Shown here: piece after piece, positions 9,053 through 18,880 of the stretch | How the letters are laid out: each line of letters begins with the position of its first letter | How positions within the stretch are numbered: the stretch's first letter is position 1 | Assembly: GCA_037624665.1 (NCBI GenBank) | Contig: JASJIW010000062.1 | Coordinates: forward strand, 2,632-66,631 | Origin: Flavobacteriales bacterium | GTDB taxonomy: Bacteria; Bacteroidota; Bacteroidia; Flavobacteriales_E; Vicingaceae | Direction: 5' to 3' | Length of the DNA: 64,000 bases | Translations under genes and position numbers: made by a program | Notes under the pieces: generated by a model | What the model was told of the DNA's origin: nothing | The model's database searches: none | What the model saw: the letters and a program-made list of their open reading frames with translations, nothing else

Positions 9053-10164
9053 TAGCTCAACTGTTTTTTACATTTTTTCCAAAATGCAAAGAAAGAAGGA
9101 TAATAACCTTTAACATCAAACATCCATTCTCTTGGTTCTTCTATACCTTTATAATGATTGCTTAGCGGATGCTCTTTGTAGTAGATATCTGTTAAGTTAT
9201 AAGCGGTTGTAAAATCATTAAACTCACCTACATAAATTTGGATATGATCTAAATTTTCTTCTAAAAATTGAATCATAAAATCAATCGTTTTTTTGGATAC
9301 AGGATATTGCTCAAAATGAGAAGGTTCTAATAACAGAATTCTATTTACTGAAACTTCTTTTTTCCAAAGTGGATCTAGATTATAGAAATTATAAATACAG
9401 GTTGGTAGTGTTTCGCTAACCTCTAGTGATTGCTGTTCAGGCAGAGGTGTTTTTAAATCTAAAGATATTGTACCTTTTAAAACCTCAGGAATTTGCATAT
9501 CAGCAAACGCTTCATAAGGAACATCTAAAAAGGTATTTTTTTGTTGGGTGAAACAGTATCTATTGATGTTTTCTTGATTGGCAACATATTTCTTATTCGC
9601 ATTTGCTCCTGCAACCCACTGCCAACTTAATGCATTGCTTGCCCAATCTGCATCAAGCAAATGATAATACATCCATTGTGCAGGAACTTTCCAATAACTT
9701 TGGCCCATGTTACAAGCGATAGATGCAATATACATTCTCAAATGATTGTGCATGTATCCTGTTTTGTAAAACGCCTTAATAGCTTTATCTACTGCTTCAA
9801 CACCTGTATTCGCTGCTACAATTGCTTCTGAAATAGATGTATTTGAAACCGGACTTTGCTCATGTTTTAAATCTTGATTAATCCCATTTCCTTTTACAAT
9901 CCAAACCTGTTGCCAATAATCTCTCCAGGCTAGCTCTTGAACAAATTTTTGAATTCTAGCAGGTTCATATCCTCTATCCATCATTTCAGAGAATATAAAT
10001 TTTGTAGAAATAATACCTCTTGAAATGTAAGGTGATAAATAAGTAACAGCTCCATTTATATAGTTACGTGATGAACCATACTTAACAGGATCTATCTTTC
10101 TTACACGTTTAAGAATTTCAGCGTAATCTGTAGGAAAAATAGCCTCTTTTTCGAATAATTCCAT
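9049..10164 (-). CDS. photolyase-family protein with inverted domain order (FAD/catalytic domain first; 'NewPHL'-like)
   Basis: The protein opens directly with helical-domain motifs: [65 protein letters not shown]. About 170 further residues follow ([10 protein letters not shown]...[23 protein letters not shown]) and resemble an alpha/beta lobe. Confidence 0.75.
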   Translation of the reverse strand: MELFEKEAIFPTDYAEILKRVRKIDPVKYGSSRNYINGAVTYLSPYISRGIISTKFIFSEMMDRGYEPARIQKFVQELAWRDYWQQVWIVKGNGINQDLKHEQSPVSNTSISEAIVAANTGVEAVDKAIKAFYKTGYMHNHLRMYIASIACNMGQSYWKVPAQWMYYHLLDADWASNALSWQWVAGANANKKYVANQENINRYCFTQQKNTFLDVPYEAFADMQIPEVLKGTISLDLKTPLPEQQSLEVSETLPTCIYNFYNLDPLWKKEVSVNRILLLEPSHFEQYPVSKKTIDFMIQFLEENLDHIQIYVGEFNDFTTAYNLTDIYYKEHPLSNHYKGIEEPREWMFDVKGYYPSFFAFWKKCKKQLSY

Positions 10165-10452
10165 TTATCGCTTACTTATTTTATTTCCAGAAATTGCTCT
10201 TTGACGAGAACATTTAAAACGAGTAATATCTGCACTCCTTTTATACAAATGTTTCTGGCTAACACCACTATTGACTCGTCTACGCCAACGTTTAAAACTA
10301 GAAGTTTTGAGATTACCGCGCATCACCTTGATGACTTCCTTTTCTGGCAATCCAAATTGAAATAAAATAGCCTCAAAAGGTGTCCGATCTTCCCATGCCA
10401 TCTCTATCACACGATCTAATTCTCTTTCTGTAAATTCTTTTTTTTCTGTCAT
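10165..10452 (-). CDS. TIGR03643/DUF2805-type small protein (photolyase-operon associated)
   Basis: MTEKKEFTERELDRVIEMAWEDRTPFEAILFQFGLPEKEVIKVMR...FKRWRRRV. The stop TAA abuts the next ATG. The track start at 10503 is a TTG, so the ATG at 10452 is preferred. Confidence 0.7.
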   Translation of the reverse strand: MTEKKEFTERELDRVIEMAWEDRTPFEAILFQFGLPEKEVIKVMRGNLKTSSFKRWRRRVNSGVSQKHLYKRSADITRFKCSRQRAISGNKISKR

Positions 10453-10805
10453 TAAAATACTAGTAACTAAATCTTGGTATTGGATTTGTAATCTCCAAAA
10501 CAATCTCTTAGAAATTATTCCATAAAGATACGTTATGTTTAACTATTATAGCTTATTGTTAAACAAAATAATTTAAAATATTAGATATTTCCGTCTTTAG
10601 CTCTTGAATATAGCTTCCTTCACCAACAGTAAAACATTATTGTTGAAGGTATTTAACGGAAGCTATTCAAATAAATTGTTTGCTAAAAGTTTAGAATAGT
10701 AATTAAAAAAATTGGAAAGACTAAAAGTTTCGATAGTTTACACTTATAATTTGTGTAAACACTTACGAGATAAAAAATTCAAAAGGCTATTTAGATATTA
10801 TTTAA

Positions 10806-11081
10806 CTAGTCCACCTCTTCATAATCAACAAAATCGCCCATATTTTTGGTTTCCGATTCTGGATGATCTCCTCTGGTTTTGATTTTCACTTCACCTTCGT
10901 GTTCTTTGGAAAATTCTTGAGCTTTTTGTTGTTCTTGATATTGTTGCTGACCTTGGTTCTGAAATTGACCCATTTTCTTATTGATCCATCTTTTTAAAAT
11001 CCAAGGGAAAATAGTTCGAGCTAAAAACTTAAAGCCGAAATAAATAAGGCCAATTATTGCTATTGTTCTTAATATCTGCAT
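10806..11081 (-). CDS. DUF4834 family protein (N-terminal TM, Q-rich linker, acidic C-terminus)
   Basis: MQILRTIAIIGLIYFGFKFL... ending GDFVDYEEVD, typical of the Bacteroidota DUF4834 family. Confidence 0.7.
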   Translation of the reverse strand: MQILRTIAIIGLIYFGFKFLARTIFPWILKRWINKKMGQFQNQGQQQYQEQQKAQEFSKEHEGEVKIKTRGDHPESETKNMGDFVDYEEVD

Positions 11082-11136
11082 AATTTATTCTTTGGTTTAA
11101 ACTTTTGCAAGTTCCTTGCCATTTTAATCTTTTATA

Positions 11137-13956
11137 TTATCTACTCAAATACAAATTACGTTCAGCATAGATATCTCTGAAGAATTTATCTTGTAAGCTA
11201 TCTATAAAGTGTATTGCTTCACCAGTAGATTTCATTTCAGGCCCTAGTTCTTTATCTACATTAGGGAATTTACTAAATGAGAATACAGGAATCTTAATGG
11301 CATAACCTTCTTTATGTGGTTTAAAATCAAAATCTTTCACCTTCTTATCTCCTAACATTACTTTAGTAGCATACTTTACGTAAGGCTCTCTGTATGCTTT
11401 CGCAATAAAAGGAACCGTTCTAGATGCTCTAGGGTTCGCTTCAATTACATAAACGATATCATCCTTAATGGCAAACTGCATGTTAATTAAACCAACAGTC
11501 TTTAATTTGATTGCTACCTTCTTTGTAATATCCTCAATTTGAGCCATTACTAAGTCTCCTAAATTATAAGGAGGTAATACTGCATAAGAATCACCAGAGT
11601 GAATTCCTGCAGGCTCTATGTGCTGCATAATACCGATAATGTAAACATCTTCACCATCACAAATCGCATCTGCTTCAGCTTCAATTGCACCACCCAAAAA
11701 ATGATCCAATAGAATTTGATTACCAGGCATAGATTTTAGAATATCAATTACATGATGTTCTAGCTCTTCCTCGTTAATTACAATTTTCATTTTCTGTCCA
11801 CCTAACACATAAGAAGGACGAACTAATAATGGGAAACCTAAACCTTTTGAAAGCTCAATTGCTTGTTCAGCACTTTCTACAATTCCGTATTTAGGAAAAG
11901 GGATTTCTAATTTTTCTAACGCTTCAGAAAAACGACCTCTATCTTCAGCAATATCTAATGCTTCAAATGAAGTTCCTAACACTTTAATTCCGTATTTCTC
12001 TAATTTTTCAGCAAGTTTCAATGCTGTTTGTCCACCTAGTTGAACTATAACTCCTACTGGATTTTCATGCTTAATAATATCATAAATATGTTCCCAGAAA
12101 ACTGGCTCAAAATATAACTTATCTGCTGTATCAGAATCTGTAGAAACAGTTTCTGGATTACAGTTAATCATAATAGTTTCATAACCCGCCTCTTTAGCAG
12201 CCATGATACCATGCACACAACTGTAATCAAATTCAATTCCTTGTCCAATTCTATTTGGTCCAGAACCTAATACTACAACCGATTTTTTCTCAGAACGAAC
12301 TGATTCGTTTTCTTCTTCGAAAGTTGAATAGTAATAAGGTGTTTCTGCAGGAAATTCTGCAGCACAAGTATCAACTTGCTTAAACACTCTATTAATTCCC
12401 ATTTCCTCACGTTTGTCATAAACCTCGCTTTCTAAACATTTTAATAAATGTGCAACTTGTCTATCCGCTAAACCTTTTTGTTTAGCTTCTTTCATTAAGT
12501 CTTTAGGAAGTGTATCAACTGCAAATTTCTCAATCTTTCTTTCTAACTTAACTGAGTCTTCAATTTGCCTTAAAAACCAGTAGTCAATTTTTGTTTTATC
12601 GTGTATCTTTTTAAATGGGATTCCCAATTTAATAGCATCGTACACATGGAATAGTCTATCCCAACTTGGGTTTTCTAAACTGTGTATAATCGCATCTTGA
12701 TCCGTTAATTCTTTTCCATCAGCCCCTAAACCATTTCTGTTGATTTCTAAACTCTGACATGCTTTCTGTAATGCTTCTTGGAAACATCTTCCAATTCCCA
12801 TAGTTTCTCCAACCGATTTCATTGAGAAACCTAATCTTCTTTCTGCTCCTTTAAACTTATCAAAGTTAAAACGAGGAACTTTTACAATTACGTAATCTAA
12901 TGTTGGCTCAAATAAAGCAGATGTAGATCCTGTAATTGGATTTTTTAATTCATCCAATGTAAATCCTAATGCCAATTTAGCTGATATTTTTGCAATAGGA
13001 TAACCTGTGGCTTTAGAAGCTAAGGCAGATGATCTAGAAACCCTTGGGTTAATTTCAATTGCTATAATTTCTTCTCTTTCATCATTACTTACTGAAAACT
13101 GAACATTACAACCTCCAGAGAATTTTCCAATGGATCGAATCATCTTAATAGATAAATCTCTCATTTTTTGGAATGTAGTATCCGATAAAGTCATTGCTGG
13201 AGCAACTGTAATAGAATCTCCAGTATGAATTCCCATAGGATCAAAATTCTCAATAGAACAAATAATAATAACATTATCATTTGCATCTCTTAATAACTCT
13301 AATTCATATTCTTTCCAACCGATAACGGCTTTATCAATCATCACCTGATGTATTGGTGATGACTTTAACCCAAGATGTAATGCTTCTTCATACTTTTCTG
13401 GATCATATATAACAGCTCCACCTGTACCTCCTAGAGTAAATGATGGACGAATAACTAAGGGGAAACCAATTTCTTGAGCTACCTCTTTACCTTCTAAGTA
13501 AGATTTAGCAGCTTTAGATGGTGCCATACCAACTCCTATCTCTTCCATCTTCTGACGGAACAACTCTCTATCTTCTGTAATTTCTATTGCTTTGGTATCT
13601 ACACCAATCATGTTTACACCATGATCCTTCCATATGTTCATTTCCTCACATTCTATAGCAAGGTTTAAGGCCGTTTGCCCTCCCATTGATGGGAGTACCG
13701 AATCGATATCTGGATGATCTTCTAAGATCTTAACAATAGAGTCAGTATCTAATGGTAATAAATAAACATTATCCGCAGTTACCTCATCCGTCATAATTGT
13801 TGCCGGATTAGAGTTTATCAAGGAAACTATAACTCCCTCTTCCCTTAATGAGCGTGATGCTTGAGAACCTGAATAATCAAATTCACATGCTTGACCAATT
13901 ACAATTGGTCCACTTCCTATTATCAATACGTGTTTTATACTATTATCTCTTGGCAT
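11137..13956 (-). CDS. carB: carbamoyl-phosphate synthase large subunit
   Basis: 939 aa with duplicated ATP-grasp halves: IIGSGPIVIGQACEFDYSGSQA, NPRVSRSSALASKATGYPIA, VLGSGPNRIGQGIEFDYSCVH, NPRASRTVPF. Confidence 0.97.
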   Translation of the reverse strand: MPRDNSIKHVLIIGSGPIVIGQACEFDYSGSQASRSLREEGVIVSLINSNPATIMTDEVTADNVYLLPLDTDSIVKILEDHPDIDSVLPSMGGQTALNLAIECEEMNIWKDHGVNMIGVDTKAIEITEDRELFRQKMEEIGVGMAPSKAAKSYLEGKEVAQEIGFPLVIRPSFTLGGTGGAVIYDPEKYEEALHLGLKSSPIHQVMIDKAVIGWKEYELELLRDANDNVIIICSIENFDPMGIHTGDSITVAPAMTLSDTTFQKMRDLSIKMIRSIGKFSGGCNVQFSVSNDEREEIIAIEINPRVSRSSALASKATGYPIAKISAKLALGFTLDELKNPITGSTSALFEPTLDYVIVKVPRFNFDKFKGAERRLGFSMKSVGETMGIGRCFQEALQKACQSLEINRNGLGADGKELTDQDAIIHSLENPSWDRLFHVYDAIKLGIPFKKIHDKTKIDYWFLRQIEDSVKLERKIEKFAVDTLPKDLMKEAKQKGLADRQVAHLLKCLESEVYDKREEMGINRVFKQVDTCAAEFPAETPYYYSTFEEENESVRSEKKSVVVLGSGPNRIGQGIEFDYSCVHGIMAAKEAGYETIMINCNPETVSTDSDTADKLYFEPVFWEHIYDIIKHENPVGVIVQLGGQTALKLAEKLEKYGIKVLGTSFEALDIAEDRGRFSEALEKLEIPFPKYGIVESAEQAIELSKGLGFPLLVRPSYVLGGQKMKIVINEEELEHHVIDILKSMPGNQILLDHFLGGAIEAEADAICDGEDVYIIGIMQHIEPAGIHSGDSYAVLPPYNLGDLVMAQIEDITKKVAIKLKTVGLINMQFAIKDDIVYVIEANPRASRTVPFIAKAYREPYVKYATKVMLGDKKVKDFDFKPHKEGYAIKIPVFSFSKFPNVDKELGPEMKSTGEAIHFIDSLQDKFFRDIYAERNLYLSR

Positions 13957-14039
13957 GAATGATGATGTTTTTAATCTATAATACGTTCACGAAATTACTC
14001 CAAAATCAACAAAATTCTAGGGTAACTTTTCAACATTTC

Positions 14040-14075
14040 AAAAAAAATTGTTCAAAAAAAATTGTTCAAAAAAAA
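14040..14075. repeat. short tandem direct repeat, 2.6 copies of aaaaaaaattgttc
   Basis: Copies at 14040-14053 and 14054-14067, then a partial A8. Read directly from the sequence. Confidence 0.8.
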
Positions 14076-14096
14076 GGGAAGCAATAATTGCTTCCC
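14076..14096 (-). terminator. rho-independent terminator downstream of rpmH
   Basis: Stem gggaagc/gcttccc with loop aataatt, followed on the minus strand by a T-run. Confidence 0.7.
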
Positions 14097-14117
14097 TTTA
14101 ATAAAATAATATTACTA

Positions 14118-14276
14118 CTATTTTTTATGTCTTGGTTCGTCAGAAACTGTTAATTTCTTTCTTCCTTTAGCACGTCTTGAAGAAATAACTTTTCTACCGT
14201 TAACAGATTCCATTCTGCTTCTAAATCCGTGCTTGTTTTTTCTTTTCCTATTTGATGGTTGAAATGTTCTTTTCAT
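14118..14276 (-). CDS. rpmH: 50S ribosomal protein L34
   Basis: Own translation: [52 protein letters not shown]. The canonical L34 N-terminus is MKRTFQPS. 52 aa, below the ORF-track cutoff. Confidence 0.95.
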   Translation of the reverse strand: MKRTFQPSNRKRKNKHGFRSRMESVNGRKVISSRRAKGRKKLTVSDEPRHKK

Positions 14277-14454
14277 CGTGCTTAATTTTTATCCTTTAAA
14301 TTCAGATTACAAAAGTAGACTTTTTTTATTGATAGCCAAACCATTTCAATAAAAAAATAAAATTATTTTATGCTACAATGTTTTAAAGAATCCACCGTTT
14401 AAAATTCAGCCATAAAATAACTCAAAATCTATCTACTATTAATAGTTTAGCTAA

Positions 14455-15255
14455 ATGAATTTATCTAATAAAGTTATTTGGATTACAGGAGCTTCTTCAG
14501 GAATTGGTGAGGCAACTGTATATGCCTTAGCGAAAGAGAATTGTAAGCTTGTTATTTCTGCGAGAAGAATTGAAGAACTAAACCGTGTTAGATCCAACAC
14601 AAGTCTTTCAGATGAGAACATATTATTACTCCCTATAGATTTAGAACAACATCAAAACGCAAAAAACTGGACCAAAAAGGTAACAGATAAATTTAATAGA
14701 ATTGATATCCTTATTAATAATGGTGGAATTAGCCAAGAAGGATTTGCCTTAAACACGAGTACTGAAGTTGAACAAAAAATAATGAACATCAATTATTTCG
14801 GAAATGTAGCACTATCAAAAGCTGTTGCATCTATTATGCAACAACAGCAAGGTGGTAAAATTGCAATAATCACCAGTATTGCTGGAAAATTCGGACAAGC
14901 AGGATTGAGTTCTTACGCTGCTTCAAAACATGCTTTATATGGTTTTTACGATTCGTTTCGTTTAGAATTAAAAAAGGATAATGTTTCTATATTATTAGTT
15001 TCGCCAGGATTTATAAACACTAATATAACACTTAATGCCATTACCGGAGATGGAAATACATTTAACAAAAACAGCCCCGCACAAGAAAATGGAATGGAAG
15101 CGGATGTTTTTGCCAAAAAATTTATCCGAACATTAAAATCAAACAGTAACCATAAATATATTGGCAATAAAGAATTGTTGGCAATTCCTTTTAAAACCTT
15201 TTTTCCAAATATATTTTATAACCTCATCTATAGAATGAGTAATAAAAAGAAATAA
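14455..15255 (+). CDS. SDR family oxidoreductase
   Basis: TGASSGIGEA cofactor motif, NNGG, and catalytic YAASKHAL. Confidence 0.9.
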   Translation: MNLSNKVIWITGASSGIGEATVYALAKENCKLVISARRIEELNRVRSNTSLSDENILLLPIDLEQHQNAKNWTKKVTDKFNRIDILINNGGISQEGFALNTSTEVEQKIMNINYFGNVALSKAVASIMQQQQGGKIAIITSIAGKFGQAGLSSYAASKHALYGFYDSFRLELKKDNVSILLVSPGFINTNITLNAITGDGNTFNKNSPAQENGMEADVFAKKFIRTLKSNSNHKYIGNKELLAIPFKTFFPNIFYNLIYRMSNKKK

Positions 15256-15944
15256 TGATTGTGTTTAGAAAACTTACAACACCAGTTATCCTTACCTTTT
15301 TGGTAATAATGTTATTTTCTTGTAAGAGTACTAAAGTGATTGAACAGCCTAAAGTAGAAATACCCGAAATAATAGAAACACCAAAATTTGAGCCTTCATC
15401 AGAAACAATGGCTAGTTTTTTAGCTGAATACCTTAGCATAAAGTATAAAGGCAAATCTTTTAAAAAATACATGTATGTTTCGGTAAAGTACCAACGATTA
15501 TACCTTATTGTAAATGATTCTACCATCAGAAAATATTCCATATCTACTGCAAAAAAAGGGATAGGTTGTAAAGCAAATAGTAATAAAACCCCTTCTGGAT
15601 TACATACAATTAAAAGAAAAATTGGAGACGATGTTCCTTTTTGTGGGATTTTAGAATCGAGAATACATACCGGAAAGATTGCTAAAGTTTTAACCAAAAA
15701 GAAAAATGCTGATAAAGATTATGTGACAACTAGAATTATGTGGTTACAAGGCGAAGAACCTGGTTTAAATAAAGGCAGAAATATGGATTCGTATAACCGA
15801 TACATTTATATACACGGAACTCCTGAAGAAGGATTTATTGGCGAACCCGCTTCGCATGGATGTATTAGAATGAAAAACAAAGAGGTTATAGAACTGTATG
15901 ACTTAGTTGATGAAGGAACTCCAATTTTAATTTTGAAGTATTAA
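15255..15944 (+). CDS. L,D-transpeptidase (YkuD) family lipoprotein
   Basis: Signal/lipobox LVIMLFSC. Catalytic motif IYIHGTPEEGFIGEPASHGCIRM. TAATG overlap with the SDR gene. Confidence 0.85.
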   Translation: MIVFRKLTTPVILTFLVIMLFSCKSTKVIEQPKVEIPEIIETPKFEPSSETMASFLAEYLSIKYKGKSFKKYMYVSVKYQRLYLIVNDSTIRKYSISTAKKGIGCKANSNKTPSGLHTIKRKIGDDVPFCGILESRIHTGKIAKVLTKKKNADKDYVTTRIMWLQGEEPGLNKGRNMDSYNRYIYIHGTPEEGFIGEPASHGCIRMKNKEVIELYDLVDEGTPILILKY

Positions 15945-15955
15945 TGAAACATGTC

Positions 15956-15974
15956 ATCCTGAACTATTCAGGAT
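15956..15974. terminator. short hairpin (atcctga/tcaggat) after the L,D-transpeptidase gene
   Basis: 7-bp stem with a 4-5 nt loop. No strong T-run, so the call is weak. Confidence 0.35.
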
Positions 15975-16078
15975 CTCGATTAAAGCTGAATACAGCACAA
16001 AAAACTCACCAAAATATTCCCATCCGAGCTTAAAATGACACTTTATTTATCTTAACTTTATTGCTTTAGAATTTGAGT

Positions 16079-17482
16079 ATGGATTTAATGGGTATTTTAT
16101 TATTAATTATAGGAATTGGAGTTGGTTTTGCCCTAGGGTGGTTAATCAAAAAAAGCAACACTTCTTCTCTTGAAAACAACAGTTCTGAACTTGAGTTATT
16201 GAACAAAAGAATCAATGATTTAGCATTGGAAAAAGATGAGTTAAACAAAGTAATTAATGCGCTCTCTTTAGAAAAAGGAGAATTGACTGGTAAAATAAAT
16301 ACCTCAAGAGATATTTTTAAAGAGCAAAAAGATAATTTAGATAAGCTATCCGAGCAAAAAAGTTTATTGCTTACAGAAAATGCTCAGCTAAAAGAATCAA
16401 ATCAAAACGTTACCGACAAATTAACAGATCAAAAAGCTGAAGTAGACCAACTGCAAAAGAAGTTTACTTTAGAGTTTGAAAACATTGCCAATAAATTATT
16501 AAAACAAAATACTACCGATTTTGCTGAAGCCAACCAAAAACGATTAAGCGAAATATTAGACCCTTTAAAAGAAAACATAAAAACATTTGAAGCAAAAGTT
16601 GATGAAACCTATGAAAAAGAGCTAAAAGATAGAACTTCATTAATTGAACAAATTAAATCGTTAGAGAAATTAAATACGCAAATGAGTGAAGATGCTCATA
16701 ATTTAACGAAAGCATTAAAAGGCGATAACAAAGCTCAAGGTAATTGGGGTGAATTAATTTTAGAAAAGGTACTTGAGAGTTCTGGATTAATAGATGGCGA
16801 AGAGTACAAAACACAATACAGTACAACAAATGATGAAGGAAATAGAATTCAGCCAGATGTTATAATCCTGCTTCCCGAAAACAAACACATTATTGTTGAT
16901 GCAAAAGTTTCTTTGATTGCTTACCAAAACTATATCAATTCAGAAGATAAAGAAGCACAAGAAAATTCACTCAAAAATCATATTACCTCTGTAAAAAGTC
17001 ACATTAAAGGGCTTAGCGAAAAGCATTATACTACCGGAAAAGGGATTGATTCTCCTGATTTTGTTTTGTTATTTATGCCTATTGAATCTTCTTTTGGTTT
17101 AGCTATGCAAGCAGACAATCATCTTTATCAATACGCATGGGATAAAAAAGTAGTTATTGTAACTCCATCAACACTTTTAGCTACTTTAAAAACGATTAAA
17201 TCTGTTTGGAACAATGAAAAACAAACTAAGAATGCCATAGAAATTGCTAGACAGGCTGGAGCTCTGCATGATAAGTTTGTTGGATTTATAGAAGATATGG
17301 GGAGAATAAAAAAATCTTTAGATCAATCGAATATTGCATACGATAAAGCATTTATCAAATTAAAAACTGGTAGTGGTAATTTAATTGATGCAACAATAAG
17401 AATTAAAAAATTAGGTGCAAAAACAAAAAAACAACTACCTAATGAGCTACTACCAGAAAACGATCCACAACTTGAAGCTTAA
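16079..17482 (+). CDS. rmuC: DNA recombination protein RmuC
   Basis: N-terminal TM, long coiled coil, then the RmuC nuclease-like region (GNWGELILEKVLESSGL, PDVIILLPENKHIIVDAKVSL, FVLLFMPIES). The track start at 16073 is TTG; the ATG at 16079 is preferred. Confidence 0.92.
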   Translation: MDLMGILLLIIGIGVGFALGWLIKKSNTSSLENNSSELELLNKRINDLALEKDELNKVINALSLEKGELTGKINTSRDIFKEQKDNLDKLSEQKSLLLTENAQLKESNQNVTDKLTDQKAEVDQLQKKFTLEFENIANKLLKQNTTDFAEANQKRLSEILDPLKENIKTFEAKVDETYEKELKDRTSLIEQIKSLEKLNTQMSEDAHNLTKALKGDNKAQGNWGELILEKVLESSGLIDGEEYKTQYSTTNDEGNRIQPDVIILLPENKHIIVDAKVSLIAYQNYINSEDKEAQENSLKNHITSVKSHIKGLSEKHYTTGKGIDSPDFVLLFMPIESSFGLAMQADNHLYQYAWDKKVVIVTPSTLLATLKTIKSVWNNEKQTKNAIEIARQAGALHDKFVGFIEDMGRIKKSLDQSNIAYDKAFIKLKTGSGNLIDATIRIKKLGAKTKKQLPNELLPENDPQLEA

Positions 17483-18737
17483 ATTATTAACTATATCCGT
17501 TATTACTGTAATTATATACAGTTGCTCTGTATCCAAAAATAGTGGGTCTAATAAAAATGTGGCTGGAATTTATATGCCAGGTTTAAATTTAATTGATCCT
17601 GCTTACAGAGTATTTCATAAAAACGACACACTTACTGAGGTACATTTTAGATTAAATTCTGCTAATATTTTATACACAAAAAAACGTGGAGACACTGCTT
17701 TTAGTGCTAATATTTTAATTCATTATGAATTAGTGAATAGCGCAACAAAAGCATTAACTGATAGTGCGTCAATATCTTTTACAGATTTTAGAAAAAATAA
17801 AAAACAGAAACTTTTAGATGGAACACTTCCTATTAAAACACTTCCTAACCACACTTATGATTTAGTAGTAACCGTTAACGATTTAACACGCGACCATTAC
17901 ATTAAAAAGAAAATAACGGTTAATCGATCTGACATTTATAACAATCAAAATTATTTGATGCTAGACTCTAATAAAGCTGTTGTTTTTAAAAATCATTTTA
18001 ATAGTAATGAAAAAGTTATTATCAAAAAAAATGAAAACAACCCAGCAAAATCGATTACCCTAAAATACTACAATACCGAGCTACCCATCGCAAAACCTCC
18101 ATTTAGCACAGACAATCCAGACGAAGCAATTGTTTTTAAACCTCAACTTATTTCGCAACTAGACTTTGACTCTACCAACCACTTAAAATATATTGTTAAA
18201 GAAAAAGGACTCTACCATTTCCAAACTTCAGAAGACATAAAAACGGGACCAACACTTTTTAATTTTCAAGAGCATTTTCCGAAAGTGAAGAACCCAGAAA
18301 ATATGATTGGACCAATGCGCTATATTTCTACTAAAAAGGAATATGTCTTACTAACCGATAGTGAAGATAAAAAACTAGCCGTAGATAACCACTGGCTAAA
18401 TTTAGCAGGAAGCAGCGAAAGAGCCAGAACACTCATTAAAGAATTTTATACCCGAGTAGAAAGTGCTAACAATTATTTTACATCTTATTTAGAAGGTTGG
18501 AAAACCGATAGAGGAATCATTTACATTATTTACGGATCGCCAAACGTAGTTTACAAAAACAGCGAGTATGAAAATTGGATTTACGGTGAAGAAAATAATA
18601 TGATGTCGATAAGCTTTACATTTCATCAAGTAAAAAACCCTGCTAGCACAAACGATTATAGCTTAAGCCGCTCACCTATGTTTAAAAGCAGCTGGTTTAG
18701 AGCTGTCGATAGTTGGAGAAATGGTAGAGTTTATTAA
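17472..18737 (+). CDS. GWxTD domain-containing lipoprotein
   Basis: GWKTDRGIIYIIYGSPN motif. An in-frame TTG at 17472 yields a classical lipoprotein signal, (M)KLKLLTISVITVIIYSC. The track start at 17415 would overlap rmuC by 68 nt. Confidence 0.75.
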   Translation: MKLKLLTISVITVIIYSCSVSKNSGSNKNVAGIYMPGLNLIDPAYRVFHKNDTLTEVHFRLNSANILYTKKRGDTAFSANILIHYELVNSATKALTDSASISFTDFRKNKKQKLLDGTLPIKTLPNHTYDLVVTVNDLTRDHYIKKKITVNRSDIYNNQNYLMLDSNKAVVFKNHFNSNEKVIIKKNENNPAKSITLKYYNTELPIAKPPFSTDNPDEAIVFKPQLISQLDFDSTNHLKYIVKEKGLYHFQTSEDIKTGPTLFNFQEHFPKVKNPENMIGPMRYISTKKEYVLLTDSEDKKLAVDNHWLNLAGSSERARTLIKEFYTRVESANNYFTSYLEGWKTDRGIIYIIYGSPNVVYKNSEYENWIYGEENNMMSISFTFHQVKNPASTNDYSLSRSPMFKSSWFRAVDSWRNGRVY

Positions 18738-18848
18738 CAGAAACTGTAAGCTTAGTAAGTGCACCCACTTATTCGATTGTTACCAGTAAGCATCTATAGA
18801 TGTCGTTTAAAATTTCACTCAAGTTCAATCGTATTTTTTCAAGACAAA

Positions 18849-18869
18849 TTGTTAGGCTTTACCTAACAA
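18849..18869 (-). terminator. hairpin downstream of mutS
   Basis: Stem ttgttagg/cctaacaa with loop cttta. Confidence 0.4.
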
Positions 18870-18880
18870 AATATTTTTTG

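Noticed and set aside
14040-14075. Tandem repeat as a CRISPR array or minisatellite
   Set aside because: There are only 2.6 copies of a 14-nt A-rich unit with no spacers. It is adjacent to the rpmH terminator and most likely a slippage product.
15224-15697. 157-aa minus-strand ORF
   Set aside because: It is antisense to the L,D-transpeptidase gene, which has a clear catalytic motif; no motif was recognised in the antisense product.
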